Assembly (NCBI GenBank): GCA_951406725.2
Contig: OX597815.1
Coordinates: forward strand, 58,962,001 to 59,026,000
DNA: 64,000 nucleotides
Direction of reading: 5' to 3'
Source of the DNA: Octopus vulgaris
Lineage: Eukaryota
Part shown: positions 37,787 to 50,399 of the stretch, piece after piece
Layout: the number at the start of each line of letters is the position of its first letter
Position numbering within the stretch: the stretch's first letter is position 1
Notes under the pieces: model-generated
What the model was told of the DNA's origin: nothing
Database searches by the model: none
What the model saw: the letters and a program-made list of their open reading frames with translations, nothing else
Program-made: the position numbers and the translations under genes

Positions 37787-39639
37787 GTAAGTTCTATTTT
37801 CATTACATAATAGAAAAGCAGAATGTATTTGTGAGTTATTTTATTTTATTGTAAGTGTTGTGTTGTGTTCTTGCATATAAGGATATAACCATGTTTGTTT
37901 ACAGATTTTATTGTCTATTTCATGAATGATTGACTTTTTATCCTTTGCATAAAATGCAACATTTTGAAGAAAATTTTTAGTTAATTTAATTAAATGCAGT
38001 AATAAACTAATAAACTGACTATTTTATCAGCCCAGGAGGAATGATACTCAACCTCAGCAGAGTTTGGAGCCTGAATCTATAAAACTGTAAATGAATATCA
38101 AAGCATTTACTTTGGAACAAGACAAAAACATCCCACTTCTTAGGAGTATTTCTGCTTCAACATTTGATAAACTCACAGTGACTAGTTAAGCAGGAATTGA
38201 TGAGGACCATTATCAATTACAGGTATTGCTAATAATAAAAATTAAACAGCTTCCATTAGCTTTCCCAAAAGAATAGCAATAGATAACAGTAGCATAGAAG
38301 AGGAACTAGTTAGTTGCATAGAAGTAGTATCACAAATGATCTACTAGTAGCAAGAATGGCTTATGACCTTTCTTTTGATGCAAAATATGAAGGATGTGTT
38401 CTTTGACTTAGGGGACATATGCTAGCAAGAAAGCTGTCCATTGGGCTTGAGTGCTAGAAGCATCATATTGTAAGTAAGTTATATTTCAGTCTTTGATGCA
38501 GGCATATACGATCCAGCTCTAAATAGGCACATGAAGTTTTCCAGCAGCAATTTACCATCTTGTTCATTAGAAACAACACTGAATACCATGAACTTCATAC
38601 CCTACCCTAATATCATACTGTGACTGTTCACTAGGGAGGCGAAGTGCTACAAAAATCCAATTTCAGCAGATAGTGAGCAGATAGTGAGCAGGTTCGGGAT
38701 GTTTCATCACTCTACATATCAGAGAAAGTTTGACTGTGGACACTTCTGTACCTGTAAAGTTACTAACTACTCCCATGTAGCTATGCAATGCCAAAGACTC
38801 TTGGAAGTTGTTCATAATCCACAATAAGACTTTACATGTTGCCATAATCCCCAGCATGACTTTGGAAATAATCTTCAATGACTTTGGAAGTTGCTAGTAA
38901 TCCCTGGTATGACTTCTGGAAATTGCTCATAATTCCCACAATCCAGAAGAGGCTACTCAGACTGCCCTTATCAATGACAAGTGTCATTCTCAGTCTATTG
39001 TTTTTCTCATACCCTCCATTAACCCTATATTGGATGTGTGTGTTGCTTCTCCACTGATTTAATTGTCCTACAGGTACTCAGCAGTATTCTAGATGTCAAC
39101 TGTTTAACTTTGATCTGCAGCTTAGTCAAGGAGATGAGTTGCAGAAAGATATGTCACATGAAAGGCACCCACTCCAGTTTGCTTTCACCTTTGTCATCAC
39201 CATTGTCATTGAAGTTGTAAAGATATTCCTGCAGTTGTGTCAGCCTCTGTATGTGACTGTGCATCATTATGCAGAATGTTGGCAGCAGAGTAATGAGGAG
39301 TTATGCTGACAAAAGATAGCAAACAACCTCCTTGAACACAATTTACAAACACAGTGTTTAGTATTGTACAGGGAAGATTTGTAAACAATTGAGTGGGATA
39401 ACATATAGGGAATATTCCAGGACTTGAGTCTGTGTCTGTATGTAGCTAGGAAAACTGAGAGCCTAGTGGCGCAATCATTTGAACATTACTGTGTGTTTAT
39501 TATACTGAGCATTTCTTCCTGCACTTTATGACTGGTTGAGTGCTACTTATAGATTGCACTTTTGGATAAACAATTTTTGGGCACCTTTATAGATAAGCAA
39601 TTTTGGGGCACCTCTACCAAGAATATACCAATGCCACCC

Positions 39640-41990
39640 ACGGATCTTTACATGAAGCTACTATTATAAAAGACAAATGATTTTATTGCATGAATGAGCT
39701 GGAGAGCTCTCTTCTATGGCACCAAATCTAATACCTCTCTCACCCCTCTAAAGAAAAAGACTGCTTTAACCTATAGACTTATAAAAATCCATCTCCTAAC
39801 CCTCCTTTGGCTAACTTAGAAAAGGATCTACTTAAGTGATAAGAGATATCAAGTTCTCTAATAAAACTAACTTTTTCTACATGTTTTTTCAGTTGAAACT
39901 GAGAGTATGTACATCCTCTCAGTTGATACCTATACTTAGCTGAAATGATAAACACACCCTTAGGAATGATTTTAAGCATATTAACAACCACCATTCCAAG
40001 CTCATTGTGAACCTTGGATTACTGGATAGAACTGAACCATACACACCTAACCTTCCTCCACTTCACCCTAAAGGACCATAAGCCCAACTTCTCCATCAAA
40101 CCTTCTATTAGACTAATTTGCCTCACAAAATCAGACTTAGGTTGCATTAGTAAATACATCATCAACTGATGTATACCTTTAGCTGGGAGCAAAGTTAAGC
40201 TTCCACTTTGGAATTGTACCAATGACATCATCACTTGGTTCCATTCTCTCTCTCTCTCCGACTCTCTCTCTCTCTCTCTCTCTCTAATAAGTCTCTCTAT
40301 ATAATCTCTCCTAATGATGATTAAGTCAAACTTACCATTTTGCAATCCTGGCAACATATTCCCCCCTTTCTCTCTCCCTCCCCCTCCCCCTCCTTGTACC
40401 TTTCCCCATTCTCAGCATACCTTCCACCTACATTACCCCACCTTTATTCCTTAAATTATTTCCCTGCCTCTTCCTGTCTTTCTTTATAACCAGCTTCCCT
40501 CACTAATCAATTTAAGATATCTGCTCCTCTCTGTTCTGGTACCTTTCTCCCTGTCTCACCACTACCTCCACTCCCAGTCTTTTATTTCATTGCTTGTCAC
40601 TTCTTGTCTTTCTGTATAGCCAGTAATCACCTCTAATTGACTTAAAGTCTGCTTAGTGGACCACCAATAGTGTCTCCTTTCTCAGTGTAGTGAGACACAA
40701 AAGAGCCTATTTTGTCATGGTGGCATAGTACCGTTGAGCTATGCCCACTTCAACTAATTAGAGCTGGCTGCAGAAGGATGTCAGTAGCAACTTCAGCCCA
40801 GCAGTATTGTGTGCCCTTTTTGAATAGCTTGAGGTGTTGCAGTATTGACAGCCCTAGTGACAACATTGCCTCCTTCGATATGCTACTATTTCAGTATACC
40901 GCACACATGCTGCGTAACTCAATTCATGAATATCAGTTTTTACTCTGCTTCATATAACCAACTAAAATATATAAAGTAAGTCAAGTAATTTCTTCCTGTT
41001 TTGCTACACCATTTAATGGTTTCACATACACACACACAGAGGAACCAATTTTCATTGCATCTTACCAGTACTTATTACAGTTTGAATAAATTATAAACCA
41101 GCCTTCTTGAATTTTCTTTATTTTCACCACTTGCAATGCAGCACATAATTGGAATCATTTATTTTAACATCTAAGTGGACTTTTACATGCCAGCAACAGC
41201 TCTACTTACAACATTACCAAATGCATTTCAATTCTTATTTACATCAGTAACTCTCTCAATCTGTTACAACAGTATTGGTCTTACCCCTCTCCTCCTCCCT
41301 CTGGCTCATTGCTTCTACCTCTATTCACTTCCTCTATTACTGACTTCCCCCTCCATCTCTCTACCTTGTATTTCTTCTTGTTCTTTCTGTACCTTTCTAT
41401 TCCCTCTTTATGCTACTTACATCCTCCCTTTCCTTGACTTTTACTCCATTTCTTCCTCATCTCCCCTCAACCTTTAAATCTCTGGCACTATTAAATGAAC
41501 TGCTTTTGCCAATTCTTTCTCCTAATGAAGGAAGGCAGTCTTATGGCAATATATCTATGTAACTATTTTACTGGTTGCATACCGGTGACTTTTTACGCAT
41601 TCTATCTGCTAATTATGAACATAATAATTGTTACATAATTCCAAGCTTCCAGAAACAGCTGTCAAATTTTAAAAAAACTATGCATTCTTTCCTTAGTATT
41701 CAGTATTTTTTATGTTCTATGTAAACATATTTGTCTATATATATACATATTTATGTTTGTACATATTTGATTATCATGTATATGTATATATGTTTGTATA
41801 TATCAAACCTAACTATGTTTATCTGCATCACTATCCCCATACCAACTCACCTGGATTTATCTTATAGCCACTCTTTATCCCATGGACCTATTCTGTGATC
41901 AAGATTTCAGCATTTAAGTTCAAATCATTTTAGCACCATTGCATGTTTTCTGTACTGAGCATTTCTAGACCTCACCTTTTGACTGTGTAA
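39640..41990 (+). mobile_element. Decayed Penelope-like (Naiad-like) element with 3' hammerhead remnant
   Basis: FTLKDHKPNFSIKPSIRLICLTKSDLGCISK and KLPLWNCTNDIITWF at ~40060-40242. The 3' region resembles 51110-51600. Continuity across the span is inferred. Confidence 0.6.
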
Positions 41991-42359
41991 TATATATATA
42001 TATATAAGTACAAAGTGAGATAGGGGTTATGAGTGTAACCCACTATGGGATATCAGTTATCCCATATACTGCCAGTGAAGTACCCAAAAGGCTAATACAT
42101 AAATGCTTACAATTGCAATGCAATTAGTTCATTTATTGTATTAGATGGGCGAAGGTAAAATGTTTTACCTCAAAATCATAATACAAATACGAAAATGGAG
42201 GAACAGATTCCTTTCAATCATCAACTTACAGATAATACCAATTCATATAATTTATTAACTAATTAAATAGGAACATCCAAATCCAACAGAATAAAATAGA
42301 ATAAAATAATATACATCAATAAGTAAGATAATACCATAAAAATATTACATATAAAATGG

Positions 42360-42485
42360 ATCTTACAGCTGTTTCAGTCTGTAGATAAAGGTATTTCATT
42401 GTGCCTATAATATTCAAATGTATTGAGGTAATATGCAGTTAAAAATGAGTTACTTATATATATATCTCAAGGCCTCATCAGAGAT
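42360..42485 (-). ncRNA. Type I hammerhead motif with long stem II insert
   Basis: atct-CTGATGA-ggcc..(~90 nt)..gact-GAAA-cagctg-TA-agat. Confidence 0.65.
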
Positions 42486-42570
42486 TATATAGTACAATTA
42501 TGAAAATATAAAATGCAAATATAAATATGAAACAAAATACACATACACAAGAATATATAGATATATATAA

Positions 42571-42601
<31 letters not shown>

Positions 42602-42990
42602 AGTATATATATAATAATATACATACACATAAGGTTACAGGTAATCAAATATGTATACATACTGGAGTATACATATATATCCACATCAAAGGGTACATAT
42701 ACAAAGTCCAAAGTTTTGGTAATGTAATAACATTACCAAAACTATTAATATTATTATTATTAATAATACCAATAATGGAATATGTGCATTCTGCTATTCA
42801 CAATACATAGTAGATGGAAAATACCACATAAAATATAGCATAATATAATACAGTGTAACACAATATAATATAATATAATATATTGTATATTACATATATA
42901 ATATAGTATAACATAATATATAGACAGATGCCTATGGGAGATAGCAGCACAATTAATTCAACAAATAATGCAATATAATATATAATATAT

Positions 42991-44690
42991 AAACAAGGAT
43001 TAGAATCGAAGGGCCTTAGAATCAACCTAGCCAAAACCAAAATCCTAATAAGTAGAAAGGTAGACCAATCACAAATGACTTCAGGTAGATGGCCCTGCTC
43101 GATCTGTAAAAAAGGTGTAGGTAGAAACTCTATAAGGTGCACCAAGCGTAAGCTATGGACACATAAGAGGTGCAGCAATGTCAAAGGAAGGCTAACTAGG
43201 AAAGTAGTTTTTGTCTGTGGCAGATGCTCAGGAGCAATAAACACTGGAAATGTGCAGAGACCAACTTCTACCACGTTCCAGGGAGACAAACTAGAAATAG
43301 TTGATAGCTTCCGCTACCTAGGTGACCAAGTCAGTAGCGGGGGTGGGTGTGCTGAAAGTGTAACTGCTAGAGTAAGAATAGCCTGGGCAAAGTTTAGAGA
43401 GCTCTTACCCCTGCTGGTGACAAAAGGCCTCTCGCTCAGAGTAAAAGGCAGACTGTATGATGCATGTGTACGTACAGCCATGCTACATGGTAGTGAAACA
43501 TGGGCTGTGACTGCTGAGGATATGCGTAAGCTCACAAGAAATGAAGCCAGTATGCTTCGATGGATGTGTAATGTCAGTGTTCATAATCGACAGAGTGTAA
43601 GTACCTTGAAAGAAAAGTTGAACCTAAGAAGCATCAGCAAGAGAGACGTTTGAGCTGGTATGGTCATGTGACGAGAATGGCTGAAGGTAGTTGTGTGCAA
43701 AAGTGCCACACCCTAGCAGTTGAGGGAACCTGTGGAAGAGGTAGACCCAGGATAAACCTGGAACAAGGTGGTGAAGCATGACCTTCGAACTTTAGGTCTC
43801 ACCAAGGAAATGACTAGAGACCGAGACCTATGGAAGTATGCTGTGCGTGAGAAGACCCGGCAAGACTAGTGGGACCATAACCCGTGGCCTCTACCTGGTA
43901 TGTAGCCAGTCGACTTATACATACCTTTCCTTCTTGGGACACAAAACTCCACTCGTGAAGACCCGTTGAGGCAAGTGAAAATCAAATCAAACCAAATCAA
44001 ATCAGATATCAGAAAGCAGAACCAAAATAGAAGTTGATCAACATCAATGGAAATTGCGGCTGTGATACCAGTGCCGGTGACAAGTAAGTGAACCATCCAA
44101 TCGTGGCTGTTGCCAGCGCCGCCCCGACTGGCCTCCGTGCTGGTGACACATAAAAAGCACCATCCGTTCGTGGCCGTTGCCAGCGTCGCCTGGCCCCGTG
44201 CCGGTGGCACATAAAAAGCACCATCCATTCATGGCCGTTGCCAGTCTCGCCTGGCCCTCATGCTGGTGGCACGTAAAAAGCACCATCCATTCATGGCCGT
44301 TGCCAGTCTCGCCTGGCCCCCATGCTGGTGGCACGTAAAAAGCACCATCCGTTCGTGGCCGTTGTCAGCGCCGCCCCGACTGGCCTCCGTGCCGGTGGCA
44401 CGTAAAAGCACCATCCGCTCGTGTCCGTTGCCAGCTTCGCCTGGCCCCCGTGCCGGTGGCACGTAAAAGCACCATCCATTCATGGCTGTTTGCCAGCTCC
44501 GTCTGGCACCTGCGTGGGTGGCCGTAAAAAGCACCCACTACACTCGCGGAGTGGTTGGCGTTAGGAAGGGCATCCAGCTGTAGAAACACTGCCAGATCAG
44601 ACTGGACCTGATGCAGCCTTCTGGCTTCACAGACCCCAGTTGAACCGTCCAACCCATGCTAGCATGGAAAACGGATGCTAAATGATGATG
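42991..44690 (+). mobile_element. Younger 5'-truncated RTE-type LINE (family A)
   Basis: ORF 43075-43653 (CxxC cluster, VDSFRYLGD, MLHGSETW), 3' UTR minisatellite, (GAT)n tail. Confidence 0.93.
44090..44535 (+). repeat. GC-rich ~60-67-bp minisatellite in RTE 3' UTR (~7 units)
   Basis: Recurring aaaagcaccatccrttcrtggccgttgccag...ggtggcacrt. Confidence 0.92.
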
Positions 44691-44771
44691 AATGTCATTA
44701 TATTCATATAACATACAGTGAAAATCGAAACTTTAGTCTAAATCTGCATACATATATATACACACAGGTAA

Positions 44772-46216
44772 TAATAATGTTCGTCCTTCGGTTTCGAAGA
44801 TGACCACTGACATCATCTGGTGGAACTGCCGCCATGAGACCGGAGGTGGCTGGTGAGGCCAATCCGGGCAAGGAAGCCACTCCCACAGGTGGGGCAGAAG
44901 TGGGTAGGGGCCGTGCTACTGGTGCAGGCGGCTCTGGCTTTCCGCATCTGGCGTTTCTGCTCTGCTGACCGAATCCGTCCCTCCTCGGCTGTCCCTGCTC
45001 CTGTGGTGATTGCGCTGCGCCAGGATGAGCGGTCGGCAGCAAGTGTCTCCCAGGTCTCTGTGCCAATGGAGAAGTCTTTGAGAGATACCTTGAGACTGTC
45101 TTTGAAGCGCTTCTTCTGCCCTCCGACTTTGCGTTTGCCCTGGCTGAGTTCACCGTAGAAGAGCTGTTTTGGGATGCGAGTGTCAGACATGCGGGAGACG
45201 TGGCCCGCCCATCTCAGCTGGGCCTTGCACATGATTGTGATGGTGCTAGGGAGATCTGCCTGCTTCAGAACTTCCGTGTCTGGGACTTTGTCCTGCCAGC
45301 GGATGTGAAAGAGGTTCCGAAGACACCTGAGGTGGAAGTGGTTTATCTGGCGCTCATGCCTTCGGTAAGCAGTCCACGTCTCGCAGCCATATAGTAGGGT
45401 GGTAAGCACGACTGCCCGGTAGACTTTCAGCTTGGTGTTGAGGCTGATTCCTCTCCGCTCCCAGACTTTCTTTCGTAGTCTCCCAAACGCGCTGCTAGCC
45501 TTGGAGATTCTGTTGATAGTTTCAGCATCTATGTTGGCATTGCAGGAGAGAGTGCTGCCCAGGTAGGTGAAGTTTTCCACCGCTCATAGGATCCATCCGT
45601 TCACCTTTATCTGAGGCTCATGGTATTGTTTGCCGGGGGCTGGCTGAAACATCACTTCGGTTTTCTTGGCACTGATGGTGAGACCGAAGTTGTCACAGGC
45701 TGATGAGAACCTGTCCATCTCGAGCTGCATCTCCTGCTCATCGATTGCATTAAGGGCGCAGTCGTCAGCAAAGAGAAAGTCTCTGACGACTGTCTCCCTC
45801 ACCTTTGTGACAGCCTGCAATCTTCTGGAGTTGAAAAGTTTCCCGTCTGTCCTGTACTTGATGTTGATACCGGACTTGCAGTCCCTAAAGGCGTCGGACA
45901 GCATTGCCGAGAACATGATGCTGAACAGTGTTGGGGCCAGGACACAGCCCTGCCTGACTCCGTTGGTCACCTGGAAGGCTTCAGATGAGTTGCCGTCTTC
46001 AAGGACTCTGGCTGTCATTCCGTCATGGAACTGGCGGACAATTGCAATAAATTTGCTGGGGCAACCAAATTTTCCCATGACCTTCCATAGTCCCTCCCGA
46101 CTGACTGTATCGAAAGCCTTGGTGAGGTCAACAAAGGACATGCAGAGGTCAGTCCCGACACTGGTGTTAAAATCCCCAAGGAGGATGAGCTTCCCAGGCT
46201 GGGCTGACGTGATGTT
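44772..46216 (-). mobile_element. GC-rich RTE (BovB-like) LINE with internal deletion and 10-bp TSD
   Basis: LLGDFN fused to FVDLTKAFD, GVRQGCVLAPTLF, LFADD, FTYLGS and C-terminal CPTC..HLRSH. TSD ACACAGGTAA at 44762-44771 and 46217-46226. Confidence 0.95.
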
Positions 46217-47571
46217 ACACAGGTAACAAATACATGTATATGCATTTACATACATGCGCAAAAACATCCACTAATGCATATGCATATATACAGAGATTTT
46301 TATCCTTTTACATCATACAAAGCTGATGGGGTAGGGAGAGTAAAATTTATAATACTTAACTATTTGACAGCCATAATCCCAATGATAATTTGAAATATAT
46401 AGGTACATTTTAGAGAGTTTTTCAAAGAATCAGAATAATTTTAGTAAGGATGGAGAATATAGAAATAATTTCATATTTATATAATTTTCTATACTAATTT
46501 AATAATATATATTTATAGTTAATTAGTAAATAGTAATTTATTGGTATTAATGAGTTAAATTAAAAGAATATATTAAATATTTTCTATATGCTAATAACCT
46601 TAGAATATATCTCTTGTATTATAAAATAGATAGTGAAATATTTCAGTATGGTTCTGTATAGGTTGAGTGTGAACTCAATAGAAGTGTATTATCAATAAAA
46701 TGATATAGTGGGTAAATAAGTAAGATAAAGTGGTGTAAAATTAAAGTAAAGGAATTTAAATGAGTATATTGAAAAATAAATATAAATTATTGTAGAATAT
46801 TATAGATAAGGGGTAGAATAGATTTATGTTCTAAAAACTTATAGAATATACCTAGCTTATTTATATTGATAGGTGAGGTAAGCTGTTATGAGAAAATCTC
46901 TTATAATTTTATAATTTCTAGATTAAAATTAATATTTACTTATCATGGGAATTGTCATAAATGGCTAGTGTTTAATATTGAGTAAAGAAATGATCAAGCT
47001 ATTATATTATTAAGACATATAAAATTTTGGGTTCTATTATAGATTTAAGAAAAAGTTATTATTAATTCTTATATGATAATTTATATTTATTAATTGTTAC
47101 TTATAAAATGTTATCTTCTTCTTTATTTATAATTTATTTATAAAGCTTTCTAATACATACAAAGATCATGAGGGTGGGGTTGTTTTAGAGAAATAGAAAC
47201 CAAATAACCTAGATATTATTATCTATTCCTTTATCAGGTTTTGAATATTAATTAAGGGGATTTAGAAGAACTTTTTATGAGAATATCCCTAGTAAATAAG
47301 GTATTAATTGGTACACATATCAAAATCTTTAAAGTATAATGTTAGGGAAGCAACCAAGATGTAAGTTTCTAAAATTAGAAACATTTAAATTTAGTATTAA
47401 GAGTGAAGTGTAGTTTAATGGGGTATAATAATTTAGGCTAGTTAGAGGTAATATTTATAATATTAAAAAAAGAATTAGGTGGAGTAGAATTCCTGCAGAA
47501 ATAGATGTGGAAATTACCAATTCTTTAAAACTTATTGTGGACTAGGTATACAACTTAATAATTTCATTAGC

Positions 47572-47990
47572 TACTCTTTTACTCTTTACTCTTTTACTTG
47601 TTTCAGTCATTTGACTGTGGCCATGCTGGAGCACCGCCTTTAATCGAGCAACTCGACCCCGGGACTTATTCTCTTGTAAGCTCAGTACTTATTCTATCGG
47701 TCTCTTTTGCCGAACCACTAAGTAACAGGGATATAAACACACCAGCATCGGTTGTCAAGCAATGTTAGGGGGACAAACACGGACACACAAACACACACAC
47801 GCATATATATATATATACATACATACGACAGTCTTCTTTCAGTTTCCATCTACCAAATCCACTCACAAGGCTTTGGTCGGCCCGAGGCTATAGTAGAAGA
47901 CACTTGCCCAAGGTGCCACACAGTGGGACTGAACCCGGAACCATGTGGCTGGTAAACAAGCTACTTACCACACAGCCACTCCTGTGCCTA
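47572..47990 (-). mobile_element. Full-length tRNA/CORE-like SINE
   Basis: Minus strand: tggctgtgtgg A box, gggttcagtccc B box, ccttgggcaagtgtc core, internal microsatellite, (GTAAAAGA)n tail. Confidence 0.9.
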
Positions 47991-48840
47991 TAGATATATA
48001 GAATTTATGTAATAATTATAGAAATTTAAAAAAATTTTATTCAACTGTATTCAATTTGTTTATGTTACTAAATTTCTTAATAACTATTGTTGATTAAATA
48101 AAAAATAGTAGGGTGTATTATTTCCTTAGTGGATTTTTAAAAACATTAAGATCTAAAATTTTGGAATAACAAAAATGCTATTTTAAAAAATATTTAAAGG
48201 TACTGGTAGTACAATGTATGCATGATACTCCTAGTTCAAAACGGTTATTTAATAAGTTTACATTATACCTATGTTTCAAAATTTCATATATCTCCATAGA
48301 GCAAAGTTCACATCCATCCCTACTATTTTTATAAGGCTGTGCCTTTCTTACTATGTCCCATTTAAGGCTAAATCTAATATTTCCTTTTAGCTCCAAATTT
48401 TATTAGATAGTGTTGTGCAACCTGCCTTATGTTTAAGTCTAAAAGTTGAATTATGATTGTTTATACGTTTCTTCAGGTCTATCGTACAACCAAAATAAAT
48501 AAAGCTATTATTTGAAGTTATTACTGTACATTTATATACTACATTTTGGACCAGACACTGACTAGATACTGGACAGTGGGATCTGGTTCTACAATTACAA
48601 CTGGGGGGGATGATTCTTGATATTAGTATTATTTGGGAACAATTTGTTTTTATTGTTATTATTAAAACCATTATTAACATTAATAGTATTCTCCTTATCT
48701 ATAATTATATTATTAGGTAAGTTATGGTTTTGGCTATTTGTTTCTAATGTTTCCTCCATTCTCATTATTAATGTTATCATTGATATTATTGATATTATTA
48801 TTATTATTATTGTTTATATTAATATTAATATTATTATTAC

Positions 48841-48871
<31 letters not shown>

Positions 48872-49596
48872 TCCAACATTTCTGGCTAGTTTAATATTTT
48901 TTCTATTTAATTTAGCTATCATGGTACTTATATTTGGAAGAGTAGAGTATGATATTCTAACTGTTTTACAAGAAAATATTTCATTATATTTATGGGAAGC
49001 AGGGAAGTTTATTTCTAATATGGACATAAATTTGCCATACATGTTCGTAGATATTGCTTAGTTGAAAGGTATATTCAGCCATACAATATTTTTACTTTTG
49101 AATTTCTTATCTAAGTAAGGGTGGAATAGATTGGCTTTATCTATATTCGTTATAGTTTTGTTATTATTTTCAGTCTTGTATATATATTTATTGGGTTTTT
49201 TATCAGTAGGAGTGATTTTTATATTTTCATTTATATTTATTTTATTTAACTCAAGTTTTTTATACTTATTTGTGTCTTGTCTGCCATTCCTATTATTTAT
49301 ATCAGGTTTATATGATAGGTTAGCTGTTTCTCTATCCATAAAAGATAGATTCTTGTTTTCCATTAGACTTGATAAACTAGTCTATAAATTTAAATCCCCT
49401 TCCCCCAGTAGTGAATTTAAATAACAAAGTAAAATCAATAATAAGCAGTGTCTTCCTGTGAAAAAATATCAGTTACTACTATGATATTGTTGATGAAACT
49501 TGTTCTTTGTCTACCTACTTACCCTCTTTGTGATTTTGGTTAATGGAATAACTATAAAAATGAATCTTTTGAATTTAACTAAATTCTATATTTTTA

Positions 49597-49684
49597 TGCA
49601 GCTGAAGATTGCTCTACATTTTAAAACTGATGTAATACTTGCATTGTTCAATTAAATGGAGTCGCATGAAACGATTGTACTGCA
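49597..49684 (+). ncRNA. Type I hammerhead ribozyme motif with intact core
   Basis: tgcag-CTGAAGA-ttgc..gcat-GAAA-cgattg-TA-ctgca; 5-bp perfect stem I. Confidence 0.7.
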
Positions 49685-50399
49685 TTACCTCTGGATATCC
49701 TTGTTGCTTATTTTGATTACATATATATATGAGTATAGAAGGATAAATTATCCAAGCACATATTGTAATAGCTCTTAGGTGTATTCCAGGTTTTGGCGAA
49801 CCACATCAAGTAGTAATGAACATCAATGATTGCTTAGTGTGAGCAATCATGCTGTAATTCTTCTGATGGGTAACTCCAAGTTTGCTTCACTGGATTATGA
49901 ATACTGTCAGAACTGTCAATTTCAAACAATTACAAAAAATATGGAGACTTCAAATTTTTCTTTTATTTTAACAGTTAGTTATACAGCACAATTATTTTGT
50001 TAAAATGATTGACACATGTTTCTGCTGCACAAAGTATGTGCATTTGCATAATTTTCTGTGCATCTTCATAGAGGGTTTTTCTACAAGCATGGTTTTTCTA
50101 CAAGCATGGTTTGAAGTGAACAAAGTTAATTTATTTATTCTATCAATATAATTAAGTTCAATATTAATTGTATTCAATCTTCTTTAAACAAAGACAAAAC
50201 CTATTAGAACACTCAAATATACTTTGATCTAATTTAATATTTATAAAATTCCCAATTTCATCCTGAAATTGGTGTTAACTTTTTGAGATCAGCTTAGAAA
50301 TAAACTTTATAGCCATATTAGATTTCAACATATCCCCCATAATTTCTCTTTGTATTTAAACAGGGTAGAATAAGGACACAGACAGACAGAGAGACCTTC

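Larger units (their letters stand above)
42005..49400 (-). mobile_element. 5'-truncated Penelope-like (Naiad-like) element with long AT-rich 3' region and nested LINEs/SINE
   Basis: NIVWLNIPFN, NFPASHKYNEIFS..VRISYS, SCNCRTRSHCP..VVYKC..IYFG..LKKRINNH (GIY-YIG), CELC..CIH at 48178-49363. Linkage to 42005-42990 is inferred. Confidence 0.7.

Noticed and set aside
44090-44535. CRISPR-like array
   Set aside because: Units are wholly repeated with no unique spacers. It lies in a LINE 3' UTR in eukaryotic DNA, and no cas genes are present.
48387-48680. Selenocysteine-coding Naiad endonuclease
   Set aside because: Cys positions in the CxCx5C/GIY-YIG remnants are ordinary codons. I saw no in-frame TGA at those sites and did not test for a SECIS.
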